A stretch of DNA of 49,145 bases from contig JAZDMQ010000021.1 in the NCBI GenBank assembly GCA_043800755.1, positions 1 to 49,145 of the forward strand. Direction: 5' to 3'. The stretch comes from a bacterium. Its GTDB lineage: Bacteria > Methylomirabilota > Methylomirabilia > CAVQYV01. A program made the position numbers and the translations under genes. Below, piece after piece: positions 17,422-26,263 of this stretch. The number at the start of each line of letters is the position of its first letter. Positions within the stretch are counted from its first letter, which is position 1. The notes beneath the pieces were generated by a model. The model did not search any database, had not been told where the DNA came from, and saw only the letters and a program-made list of their open reading frames with translations.

Positions 17422-17444
17422 TGAATTTCCTCTAAGGACAAATC

Positions 17445-17473
17445 TCAATAGCAGAAATGAGATGAAATTGCAA
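17445..17473 (-). promoter_or_regulatory. Candidate promoter for fabD-fabG-ACP-fabZ-yicC-remA-gmk-rpoZ
   Basis: TTGCAA-N17-TATTGA with TG extension in a locally AT-rich gap. Confidence 0.4.
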
Positions 17474-17641
17474 GACAAATCGTCATTATGATCTTGGACC
17501 GGGGAGAGCCAGCCCAAAAGGGGGGCACAGCAGCGATCAGATCGGAATGGTTGACTCCAGTTCCCTTCCCGCTCCCAAAGAGACCCCGCCGGGGAGGCAT
17601 CCTCCGAGGGCAAGGGCACTGCCTTAGGGGAGCCCTGGTAT

Positions 17642-18742
17642 TTAACCCCTACACCGGCGGGCCTGGAGCAGATCCACAAAGGCCTCCAGTCGGGTGTTGA
17701 CCCCCGCCTCCCCCGTGTGTTCATCGAAGATGAGGGTCAGGATGGGAAAGGAGAGATCGCGGCTCACACGCGTGAGGATGCCCTGGGCCACGATCTCCGG
17801 CATGCAGGTAAAAGGCATCACATGGACCACCCCGTCGTATCCTTTGCGGGCAAAGTCGATCGCCCCTCCCACAGAGATGAGGCTCTCTCCTCCGGCCGAA
17901 TGATCCAGATAGCCTCGGGCCAGCCTCGCTGCCCTCCGGGTGCGGCTCCGCTTCCAGGGTTCGAAGTGAAAGCGCTCGTTGAGCCATTCGGAGAGCCATA
18001 TCCCCCTTTCCACATAGGCGCCCATCTCCCCCAATTTCCTCTCCACCTCAAAATTCGCATTCGGCTCTTCCACCATGAACAGCTCCCCCACGATGCCGAT
18101 CTTCACCACGGGCAGGCCGGGAGAAACCGCGGGAACGGAGGAAAGCAGCCGTCGAATCTGCTTCCTCGCCCGCTTTAGCTCTCGCAAATTAGAGGTCCCA
18201 TCGATCAGGGCCAGTGCCTGCTGGTAGGCCCTGGAGGAAGCGCCCTTCTCCTGCTCCCGGGGCCGGACCCGGTGGCATAGCCTCCGGGCCTCATCTGCCG
18301 CAGACAGCCTCTTCATCATGAAGTAAAAGATGCGAAAGCCCTCCCAGCGAGAGTTGATCCCGGTGATCTCGCGGATGGTGGCGATGGTGGAGGACATCCG
18401 GTCGGGGTCGTCGGTGGTGCCCATGGCGAATTGATACCCCAGGTCTTTGAGTATCTCCTCTTGCAGGCAGCTGTAGTAGCCGAAGCGGCACGGCCCGCAC
18501 CCCCCATAGGTGAGGATGGTATTGGCCCCCATCTCCAGGGCCTCTATCATATTCCCCATATTGAGCTTGAAGGGAAGGCAGGCGAACTCGGGCGACACCC
18601 GGCTCCCCAGCTTGAGAGAGCGGGCGTTGGGTCGCGGAGGGACGATGACCTCAACCCCTTTCCTCTCCAACACGCGGGCGTAGGCGAGGTCAATGCGCCC
18701 CATGTGGGGAACCGTAATCTTCAAGGAGGGAGGACGCGCCAT
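17642..18742 (-). CDS. 2-hydroxyacyl-CoA dehydratase (HGD-D)-like Fe-S protein, PlsR/Ger-domain-like
   Basis: PEFACLPFK, GGCGPCRFGYY, PFTCMPE, FDEHTGEAGVNTRLEAF. Confidence 0.8.
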   Translation of the reverse strand: MARPPSLKITVPHMGRIDLAYARVLERKGVEVIVPPRPNARSLKLGSRVSPEFACLPFKLNMGNMIEALEMGANTILTYGGCGPCRFGYYSCLQEEILKDLGYQFAMGTTDDPDRMSSTIATIREITGINSRWEGFRIFYFMMKRLSAADEARRLCHRVRPREQEKGASSRAYQQALALIDGTSNLRELKRARKQIRRLLSSVPAVSPGLPVVKIGIVGELFMVEEPNANFEVERKLGEMGAYVERGIWLSEWLNERFHFEPWKRSRTRRAARLARGYLDHSAGGESLISVGGAIDFARKGYDGVVHVMPFTCMPEIVAQGILTRVSRDLSFPILTLIFDEHTGEAGVNTRLEAFVDLLQARRCRG

Positions 18743-18771
18743 GGGATTAAGAGAGCACCCTGTTTGCGGGG

Positions 18772-19776
18772 CTACTTGCCACCTGCCTCCCTGCTCTTTC
18801 CCTTGACCATGTCCAGGAAGGCCTCCAGCCGGGTTTGCAGCCCAGTTTGGGAGGTATGTTCATCGAAGATCAAGGAGAGATAAGGAAGGCGATAAGAGGC
18901 CCTGATCCGCCGATCGAGCAAGTCCTTGCTGAAGGAGTCGGGGCCACATCCGAAAGAGCTGAGGAAGATCATCCCCTGAATCCGGCCCAAGCTCAGGAAG
19001 TTGAGGGCCGCCCCCACAATGTGCCGGGTCAGACTCCAATAGATCTTCTTGCGCAGCAGCGCATTCTTCTCCTCTACCTGCTCCTGGCTCACCATCTCCG
19101 GGGTCAGCAGGTCGAACCCCCAGCCCCGAACCTGGTCCAGCAGATTGAAATTGAGGTACTCATCATAGAGGTTGTAAGGGTGGCCCACCACCGCAATGTG
19201 CGGGCGGCCGGTTTGAGCGGCCCTCCCCACCTCCTCCTCCTCCTGCCTCCTCCGCGAATCCACCGCCTCCATGGCCGACACCGGGGGCCATCCCTTCCGC
19301 AGAAGCCCTTCGAACCTCCCCTGGACTTCGAGCGCCTCATCGAGGGCGGCCTTGATCGTCCTGGCCTCGGCCCCCAGGGCTACCCCCGCCTCCCGGAGTC
19401 CTTCCCGGATCCCTTTTCCGGGGACCTTGGCATTGAAACAGGGGGCGAGCAGCGGAGGAAGGCTGTCCAAGCTCGCCTTGACAAAGTCGGGCAGGCCCAG
19501 AAATTTGGGGCACAAATAGGTATCCGAGGAGAAGCTGACCAGGCGCGGGAGGAACAGGAAATCCACCTTTCCCTTCAGGGCCTCCACATGCCCCAGATGC
19601 AACTTCATCGGCAGGCATAAGTCTCCTACCCCCAACCGCACGCCCCTCTCTAAGATCTCCCGCTGGGTCGGGGGAGACAGGACGACCTCCGCCCCCACAC
19701 CCTGGAAGAAGGATCTCCAGAGGGGGAAATAGTGATAGAAGAGAAGTGACCGGGTGATGCCGACGCGAGCGCCCAT
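18772..19776 (-). CDS. DUF2229 acyl-CoA dehydratase activase-related Fe-S protein
   Basis: VGITRSLLFY, CLPMK, CPKFLGLPD, GHPYN, FGCGPD, DEHTSQTGLQTRLEAF. Confidence 0.82.
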   Translation of the reverse strand: MGARVGITRSLLFYHYFPLWRSFFQGVGAEVVLSPPTQREILERGVRLGVGDLCLPMKLHLGHVEALKGKVDFLFLPRLVSFSSDTYLCPKFLGLPDFVKASLDSLPPLLAPCFNAKVPGKGIREGLREAGVALGAEARTIKAALDEALEVQGRFEGLLRKGWPPVSAMEAVDSRRRQEEEEVGRAAQTGRPHIAVVGHPYNLYDEYLNFNLLDQVRGWGFDLLTPEMVSQEQVEEKNALLRKKIYWSLTRHIVGAALNFLSLGRIQGMIFLSSFGCGPDSFSKDLLDRRIRASYRLPYLSLIFDEHTSQTGLQTRLEAFLDMVKGKSREAGGK

Positions 19777-19809
19777 ACCTGAAAGCAGCCCTCAAGCCCA
19801 AAAAAAACC

Positions 19810-19838
19810 TTGCAAGGGGAAGCGGATGATATTACTAT
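19810..19838 (+). promoter_or_regulatory. Sigma70-type promoter
   Basis: TTGCAA-N17-TACTAT upstream of ATG 19874. Confidence 0.6.
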
Positions 19839-19873
19839 CCGAAATCATTGTGAACGATGGGGATCAATGGCCT

Positions 19874-20242
19874 ATGATCACTGGATTCAACACCGATGTA
19901 GGTTATAACAAAAAGGTCTACCATGTCCAGACCGAAGACGTGGCCGGGGACAATCCCTATGTCCTCACCCTGCTTTATCAGGGAGGGGCCATCATCGCCC
20001 GCGTCAAGACCAATTACGGCCCCCTCTCTCCGCAAAAGCTCAGCGAGCGCCAGATCCTCGAACTCATGGAAAGGCAGCACAAGAAGATGATCCTCGATCT
20101 GCGTTCGGGAAAGTTCGCGGCGGTAACCGGGGTCGAGCCGGAGCGAACCTTTGCGGCGGATATCCTCTCTTCCGAAAAGACCTTTGACCAGCTCATCCTG
20201 GACTACCTGGCGGGCCAAGATCCTTCCTCCGAGAAGAAATAG
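19874..20242 (+). CDS. Conserved hypothetical protein
   Basis: MITGFNTDV..YHVQTED..GGAII..LMERQHK looks like a conserved family; it has its own promoter and a downstream hairpin. Confidence 0.75.
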   Translation: MITGFNTDVGYNKKVYHVQTEDVAGDNPYVLTLLYQGGAIIARVKTNYGPLSPQKLSERQILELMERQHKKMILDLRSGKFAAVTGVEPERTFAADILSSEKTFDQLILDYLAGQDPSSEKK

Positions 20243-20254
20243 GAAAAGCAGAGA

Positions 20255-20277
20255 GGGCCCCCCGGCAACCGGGGCCT
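20255..20277. terminator. GC hairpin between convergent genes
   Basis: GGCCCCCCGG-CAA-CCGGGGCC imperfect stem. Confidence 0.4.
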
Positions 20278-20302
20278 TGAGCTTCGTTCCCCAGCCCTTG
20301 TT

Positions 20303-21823
20303 CTAACCCCTCGCCCTCAACACCTCCTGGGCGGCGATCCTTCCCGAAACGGTCACCGAAGCAATCCCCCCACCGGGAAAAGTCCAATGACCTGCCAGAT
20401 AGAGGTTCTCGATGGGGGTCCGGGGCGAGAGGCGCCGCGGGCCCACTTGATTCGGGCTCTGCTCCCACCCATAGGCGGCACCCTCGAAGTTCGCCGTGTA
20501 CCGTTCGAGGGTCAGGGGGGTGGAGATCTCCCGCACCAGGATGTGCCGGGAAAGGCCAGGGATCACTTTCTCCGTAACCCGGATCAGGTGGTTGGCCACC
20601 TCCTTCTTGATGCTGGTCCAATGCGCCCCCCAATGATAGGGAACCAGGAGGCTGAGGGTGAGGATATGCCTCCCGCGGGGCGCCAGCTGCGGATCGACTA
20701 GGGTGGGAATCACCATCCCGATAGAGATGGCTTCTTCGCTCAATTTGCCGGCCGTCTGGGCGGCAAAAATGGACTCGACCTCAAAGGTGGAAAAATAATC
20801 GATATGATGGCACAGGCCCATCTCCTCCAGGGGCAGATCGAGGCCCAAGAAGACCATGAAATAGGAGAGAGAGGGTGTCATCGCCTCGATCCTTCGCCGG
20901 AGGGACGACCCCACTCCGTCCTCTGGCAACAGACGAAAAGAGGTCTGACGGGCATCGATCGCCGAGACCACAGCCCCGGCCCCGATCTCTTGCCCATCTT
21001 CCAGCCTCACCCCGGTGGCCCGGTGGTCCTGAAGCAAGATCTCCCTCACCCGCCGCGACAAGAGGAGATGACCACCCCACCTCTGCAGGCCGCGGCAGAG
21101 GACATCAGCCAGACGCTGCACTCCTCCCTTCGCCTGAAAGGACCCGTCCTGCAAATAACCGAGGAGCATGCTCCCCATGCTGATCACGGAGGCCCTGGCC
21201 GGGGAGACCCCCATATACATGCATTGGCCAGAAATCAGCCCCTTGAGGCGCTCGTCGCGCAGATATTGGTCCAGCAACTGCCTCAGGGTGAGCAAACGGT
21301 ACCGGGTGAAGTAGGGATACCTGGTGGCAAAGCCCTTCAGGGAGTCGGAATCGAAGAGCAGCGGCATCGCCTTCAACTCGGAGAAAACCCCCTCCAGGGC
21401 GCCAAAGACCTCCGCGATCCCCTTCCCCTCCAGGGGAAAGGCCCGTCTCAGTCGGGCCAAGTAATCATCATATCGGGCGGGAAGGGAAAAGTGAAGGTCG
21501 GGAAAGAGGAGTTCCTTGATGGGGTCTAAGGGGATGAATTCGATCTCGGAGTCGAGATCCAGGCCTGCCAAAAGGTCACCAATCCAGCCGGATCGGTTGC
21601 AGCTGGAGAGGGAGTTAATCGCCACATCGAAGGTGAAGCCGTCTCGTCGGAAAGAAGTACAATATCCACCGGGGCGACGGTGCTGCTCCACCACCAAAAC
21701 CCGCATCCCCTCCTTCGCCAGTACCGCAGCGCACGAGAGACCGCCTATCCCGGCCCCGATGACCACGACATCATAGGAGGGGGCCAGCAGGGGGATCCCC
21801 CGTCCTCCCGGCCCTTCCTTCAT
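20303..21823 (-). CDS. Phytoene desaturase (CrtI/RetSat)-family FAD oxidoreductase
   Basis: VIGAGIGGL, PGGY, TPLTLERYT, GAAYGW, LYLAGHWTFPGGG. Confidence 0.88.
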   Translation of the reverse strand: MKEGPGGRGIPLLAPSYDVVVIGAGIGGLSCAAVLAKEGMRVLVVEQHRRPGGYCTSFRRDGFTFDVAINSLSSCNRSGWIGDLLAGLDLDSEIEFIPLDPIKELLFPDLHFSLPARYDDYLARLRRAFPLEGKGIAEVFGALEGVFSELKAMPLLFDSDSLKGFATRYPYFTRYRLLTLRQLLDQYLRDERLKGLISGQCMYMGVSPARASVISMGSMLLGYLQDGSFQAKGGVQRLADVLCRGLQRWGGHLLLSRRVREILLQDHRATGVRLEDGQEIGAGAVVSAIDARQTSFRLLPEDGVGSSLRRRIEAMTPSLSYFMVFLGLDLPLEEMGLCHHIDYFSTFEVESIFAAQTAGKLSEEAISIGMVIPTLVDPQLAPRGRHILTLSLLVPYHWGAHWTSIKKEVANHLIRVTEKVIPGLSRHILVREISTPLTLERYTANFEGAAYGWEQSPNQVGPRRLSPRTPIENLYLAGHWTFPGGGIASVTVSGRIAAQEVLRARG

Positions 21824-21846
21824 CCCCTTCCTCCCCTCACTCCGCC

Positions 21847-23100
21847 TCAGACTTGGACTCTTCGCAGCAGGATTGAGATGTGGCTCCCCCCATTGGAGGA
21901 ACCATTAATCAAGACATTCTCCAGATCGCCCGACCGACCGACATTGGGAATCCAGTCCAGATCGCAGGCTGGATCGGCCACCTGATAATGAATGGTGGGA
22001 GGTATCCATTGATGAGCCAAGGAGAGGGCAGAGGCCACTATCCTCAAGCCTCCACAGGAATTGAATTCCCCCAACATCGATTTGATGGCGCTGACCGGAA
22101 TCCCCGAGGACTCCTCACCCCGAATTCTCTTGATGGCCCGGGACTCCATCAGGTCCAAGCCCTGCGAGGAATTGGCGCAGGCGTTGATCGATTGCACCTC
22201 GCCTGCCTTGAGCCCTCCTGCCTTCAAGGCCAAACCCATCGCCCTGGCCAATCCTTCTCCTTCCTCCTCGTAATCGCTCACCCGGCACGGGCTCCCGCTC
22301 ATTCCCCACCCGGCCACCTCCGCATAGATGGAGGCCCCTCGGGAAAGGGCATGGGACAACTCCTCCAAGACCACGACCCCGGCCCCCTCTCCCAAGATGA
22401 TCCCATTGCGCCGCAGGTCGAAGGGGCAGCAGATCTCCTCTCCTCCCCGGCGATGCGGCGACAGCGCCCCCATCTTCCAATAGGAGAAGTGCAGGATCTG
22501 GCTTAGCTCATCCACGGCTCCCCCCAGGAGGAGGTCGGCCTTGCCGTGTCGGATCAGATCGCAGGCAAAGACAATGGCATTCTCCCCGGAGACCTCCTTG
22601 TGGGAGAGGGTGGCATTGGGGCCCTTGAATCCCATTTCGATGGCCACCTGGCTGGCCGGCGCATTGGGGACCGTGTTGGGAAAGAGCATGGGATTGGCCC
22701 CGGATGGTCCCATATCCAGCAGACCTCGAAAAAAGGCCTCGGTGCTGACCAGGCCGGAAAAGCCGCTTCCCAGGATGACGCCCACCTCGCCCGCTCCGTC
22801 AAAGGAGCGGGGAAAATGCGCGTCTTCGAAGGCCAGGCGGGCAGCCGCCACCGCCATCTGGCTCACCCGATCCAGCCTCCGCACCTTGGCGGCCGCCAGG
22901 AAGTCCTTGGGCTCAAAACCCCGCACCTCCCCGCCCAAACGGGAACCCGTCAAGGAGGGGTCGAAGTGGGAGATCTCCTGCAGCCCAGACCTCCCCTGTC
23001 GCAGGGACTCCCAGAAGGCCTCCTTTCCCAATCCCAAGGAGCTGATGATTCCCAGTCCGGTGATGACGACCCTTCGCTGATTGGGCTCCGAAGCGGCCAT
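21847..23100 (-). CDS. Catalytically inactive FabF paralog (chain-length-factor-like)
   Basis: KS fold (VVITGLG, GEGAGVVVLE); Cys replaced by Glu (SHKEVSG), NAHGT becomes NACAN, GHCLG becomes GEFNS. Confidence 0.88.
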   Translation of the reverse strand: MAASEPNQRRVVITGLGIISSLGLGKEAFWESLRQGRSGLQEISHFDPSLTGSRLGGEVRGFEPKDFLAAAKVRRLDRVSQMAVAAARLAFEDAHFPRSFDGAGEVGVILGSGFSGLVSTEAFFRGLLDMGPSGANPMLFPNTVPNAPASQVAIEMGFKGPNATLSHKEVSGENAIVFACDLIRHGKADLLLGGAVDELSQILHFSYWKMGALSPHRRGGEEICCPFDLRRNGIILGEGAGVVVLEELSHALSRGASIYAEVAGWGMSGSPCRVSDYEEEGEGLARAMGLALKAGGLKAGEVQSINACANSSQGLDLMESRAIKRIRGEESSGIPVSAIKSMLGEFNSCGGLRIVASALSLAHQWIPPTIHYQVADPACDLDWIPNVGRSGDLENVLINGSSNGGSHISILLRRVQV

Positions 23101-24362
23101 TATTCCCCCTTCTCAATTAGGGATGGGCGGAATTCTCTTATCACGAGGGCCGTATTGTTCCCCCCGAAGGCGAAGGAGTTAGAGAGCGCCACCTTGATCT
23201 TTTGCCTCCTCGATTGGTTGGGAACATAGTCGAGGTCACATTGGGGATCTCGATGCTCGTAGTGGATGGTGGGGGGCGCAGTTTGGTAATGGATCGCCAG
23301 GGCCGTCGCTGCCGCCTCGATGCCCCCCGCAGCCCCCAGGCAATGTCCCACCATGGACTTAGTCGAGCTGACCGGCAGATGGTAGGCCCGTTCCCCGAAG
23401 ACCGTCTTAATGGCCAGGGTCTCGACCAGATCGTTGTATTGGGTGCCGGTGCCGTGGGCGTTCACATAATCCACGGCCTCGGGAGAAAGGCCCGCGTCCG
23501 CCAGGGCCGAGGCCATCGCCCGCACCGCCCCTTCTCCCTTCGAATCAGGAGCGGTCATGTGATGGGCATCGCAACTGATGCCATATCCTGCGAATTCCCC
23601 ATAGATCCTGGCCTTACGGGCCAGGGCATGCTCCGCCTCCTCCAGGACCAATAAGGCCGCACCCTCCCCCAGGGAGATGCCCTTCCGCTGCGCATCGAAA
23701 GGGCGGCAGGGGCCCTCATCCAGGGCCCGCAGCGAGTTGAAGCCGGCGAAGGTGAGCTGGCACATGGCATCGCTTCCCCCTGCCAGCATGAAGTCGGCCT
23801 GACCATAACGGATCAGGTCCGCCGCATAGCCAATGGAGGTGGCACTGGAGGAACAGGCGGTGACCACCGTGGACCGCGGCCCCCTCAGGCCGTATTCCAG
23901 ACAGATCCAGTCCGTGACCATGTTCGGAGGGGTGGGAAAGACCTGGAGCGGGTGCGCGAAGGATGCGCCCTTCCGATAGTAGTCTTCATAAAAGGATTCT
24001 GCAGTGCCGATCCCGCCGGCTCCCCCTCCGACGATGATCCCGAACCTCTCCCGATCCATCCTCTCCCAGGAGATCCCCGAATCCTGGAGGGCCTCCCGGG
24101 CGGCGACGAATCCCATCTGGTCGCACCGGGACATCCGCCTCAGGCTCTTGGCCGGCAGGTACCTTCCTGCCTCCAGGTCCCTGACCTGGGCCCCCAATTG
24201 GCTGCGATACCCGGAGACCTCAAAGAGGGTCAGGCGCTCGATGCCGCAACGCCCCTGGAGGATTCCCTTCCAGAAGGCAGCGGTAGTATTCCCCAGCGCC
24301 GAGACCACGCCGATCCCGGTAATCACCACCCTGCGCCGGGCACCCCTCGCGTTGTCGCTCAT
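23100..24362 (-). CDS. fabF: Beta-ketoacyl-ACP synthase II
   Basis: TACSSS, NAHGTGT, GHCLGAAG, SNSFAFGG; Cys-His-His triad intact. Confidence 0.94.
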   Translation of the reverse strand: MSDNARGARRRVVITGIGVVSALGNTTAAFWKGILQGRCGIERLTLFEVSGYRSQLGAQVRDLEAGRYLPAKSLRRMSRCDQMGFVAAREALQDSGISWERMDRERFGIIVGGGAGGIGTAESFYEDYYRKGASFAHPLQVFPTPPNMVTDWICLEYGLRGPRSTVVTACSSSATSIGYAADLIRYGQADFMLAGGSDAMCQLTFAGFNSLRALDEGPCRPFDAQRKGISLGEGAALLVLEEAEHALARKARIYGEFAGYGISCDAHHMTAPDSKGEGAVRAMASALADAGLSPEAVDYVNAHGTGTQYNDLVETLAIKTVFGERAYHLPVSSTKSMVGHCLGAAGGIEAAATALAIHYQTAPPTIHYEHRDPQCDLDYVPNQSRRQKIKVALSNSFAFGGNNTALVIREFRPSLIEKGE

Positions 24363-24412
24363 AGACTTTTGTCTTCCTCGTTCTCTTTTAGCGGGATGGG
24401 GAGCCGAAGGCC

Positions 24413-25699
24413 CTAAAAATAACCCCCGTCCCGGCAGGCCCGGCGAAACGCCCAGTTCATCGGCCCGAAGACCTGTACCCGCCTTCCCGGGGGCAGCAGG
24501 AGCCGCCGGATCATGGAGGGATAGGAATAGATCTCGTGATAGGCCCGATATAACCCTTCCTGCAGACTTTCCGGGGACATCTGCCGGGGATGGAAGACCA
24601 CATGGGAGAGATCGTATCTGGACCAGTCCCGGTCGAAGATCCTCCCTTGCTCCTCCAATTTGCGGTAGAGGCGCGTCCCGGGAAAGGGGGTGCGGACAAA
24701 GAAGTGGGCCCCATCGAGCTTGGTCTTCTTCACGAACTCGACGAGGCGATCAAAGACGGAGGCCTGATCCTCATCATAACCCACCACGAAGGAGCCTTCA
24801 ATCCCGATGCCCACATCGTGAAGCCTCCTCACCGCCTCCTCGTACTCCCCCACCTTGTTGACGCTCTTGCCGATCTCTTTGAGGTTGGCCTCCGAGAGGG
24901 ACTCGAAGCCGATGAAGAGACCACAGCAGCCCGATTGAGCACAAAGGGCGAGGAGCTCGGGGTCTCGGGCCAGGTTGAGGGTGGCATGGCTGAGCCAGCG
25001 CTTTCCATAGGGGATGAGCCTCTGGAAGAGATCCCGCGCGTAATTCCTGTTTCCCACGATATTGTCATCCACGAAGACCAGGTAGTTCAGCGCCCCCTCC
25101 AGGGCTTGGATCTCCGCCTCCACCTCTTCCAGGGGCCGGCTCCGATAGGTATTTCCGTAGAAGGCCGTCACCGCGCAGAACTCACAGTTGAAAGGACACC
25201 CGCGGGTGGTCTGCAGGGTATTGGTGAAGAAGTAGGGCTTGTCCTTGATCAGCTCCCGGCGGGGGAAAGGCCATCCCCAGCGATCCGGACGGGAGGTGGT
25301 CCGATACTCTCTCTGGAGCCTCCCCTCTTGAACATCAGAAAGCAGCTTCCCCCAATAGCCCTCCGCCTCTCCGATCCCCACCGCATCTGCATGCTGCAAG
25401 GCCTCCTGGGGCATATAGGTGGGGTGATAGCCCCCCAGGACCACCTGGGAGCCCACCTCCCGGAATCGATCGGCCAGCTCGTAGGCGCGGGGGGCCAGCG
25501 GGGTCATGGCCGAGATGGCCACCAGGTCCGGGGGGGCGTCGAAGCCGATCTCCTCTACATTCTCGTCCGAGATGGAGACCTCCCACTCCGGCGGGGTCAA
25601 GGCGGCCAGGGTGGTCAGGGAGAGGATGGGGAATTGGAAGAACATGGATCCCCAGAAGCTCTTGGCCGGCCAGCGAGGGGAGAGGATTTGGAGTCTCAT
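24413..25699 (-). CDS. B12-binding radical SAM protein
   Basis: N-terminal cobalamin-binding domain (VVLGGYHPT, GEAEG); RGCPFNCEFC; IGFES. Start reset to ATG 25699. Confidence 0.92.
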   Translation of the reverse strand: MRLQILSPRWPAKSFWGSMFFQFPILSLTTLAALTPPEWEVSISDENVEEIGFDAPPDLVAISAMTPLAPRAYELADRFREVGSQVVLGGYHPTYMPQEALQHADAVGIGEAEGYWGKLLSDVQEGRLQREYRTTSRPDRWGWPFPRRELIKDKPYFFTNTLQTTRGCPFNCEFCAVTAFYGNTYRSRPLEEVEAEIQALEGALNYLVFVDDNIVGNRNYARDLFQRLIPYGKRWLSHATLNLARDPELLALCAQSGCCGLFIGFESLSEANLKEIGKSVNKVGEYEEAVRRLHDVGIGIEGSFVVGYDEDQASVFDRLVEFVKKTKLDGAHFFVRTPFPGTRLYRKLEEQGRIFDRDWSRYDLSHVVFHPRQMSPESLQEGLYRAYHEIYSYPSMIRRLLLPPGRRVQVFGPMNWAFRRACRDGGYF

Positions 25700-26244
25700 C
25701 CCTTCCCCTTCCCCTCTTCCACCATCTCGTCCAGGGTGACGAACCGGTAACCCTGGGCGCACAGTCCCTCGATGATCTTGGAGAGGGCCCGGGCCATCTC
25801 CTCGCAATTCCACTCGGTGCCCGTCCTCCACCCATCGTGGAAGTTGACGATGGAGCCGGGTTCAGTATTTCGCAGCAGCTTCTCCGCCAACACCGAGGTC
25901 GAATGGCCGTTGGCATAATAAGGGGGGCGATGGGTGTAGCCCACCAGGGTAATCCCCTTCTCCCGGCAGGCCTCCAGGGTCAGGTGGTTCTTGAACCCCT
26001 GCGGAGGCCGGAAGAGGGTCGGCCTCTCCCTCAGGATGGCGTTCAACACCACCTCGCCCTGTTCGATCTCCTCCATCACCCTCCTGCGGCCGAAGACCCC
26101 CTCGAAGCTCATGTGGGAAAGGTGGCTGTAGGTGTGATTGCCAATCAGATGGCCCTCCTCCTGGATCCGGTAGACCAGATCCTTCCGGGCCGCTGCCTTC
26201 TTTCCCACGATGAAGAAGGTCGCCTTCACTCCGAATCTTTTCAA
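25696..26244 (-). CDS. Polysaccharide deacetylase (NodB/CE4) family, N-terminally truncated
   Basis: KATFFIVG, GNHTYSH, FRPP and FHDG present; TFDDGP motif 1 not present in frame. Confidence 0.75.
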   Translation of the reverse strand: MKRFGVKATFFIVGKKAAARKDLVYRIQEEGHLIGNHTYSHLSHMSFEGVFGRRRVMEEIEQGEVVLNAILRERPTLFRPPQGFKNHLTLEACREKGITLVGYTHRPPYYANGHSTSVLAEKLLRNTEPGSIVNFHDGWRTGTEWNCEEMARALSKIIEGLCAQGYRFVTLDEMVEEGKGKG

Positions 26245-26263
26245 AGATATTCCCTTGCCCTGG

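Noticed and set aside
16474-17724. Long N-terminal extensions given by the ORF track for fabD, gmk, rpoZ, the aminotransferase and the 24413 rSAM
   Set aside because: They overlap neighbouring genes or promoters; downstream starts fit family N-termini and RBS or coupling positions better.
20303-21823. Carotenoid or hopanoid pathway
   Set aside because: No phytoene/squalene synthase, cyclase or prenyltransferase; the context is ACP-based.
15381-24362. Standard aryl polyene or flexirubin pigment cluster
   Set aside because: The ACP, acyltransferase and deacetylase are reminiscent, but no ammonia-lyase, acyl-CoA ligase, DarAB, glycosyltransferase, LolA or MMPL gene is in the window, and six radical SAMs are not part of those pathways.
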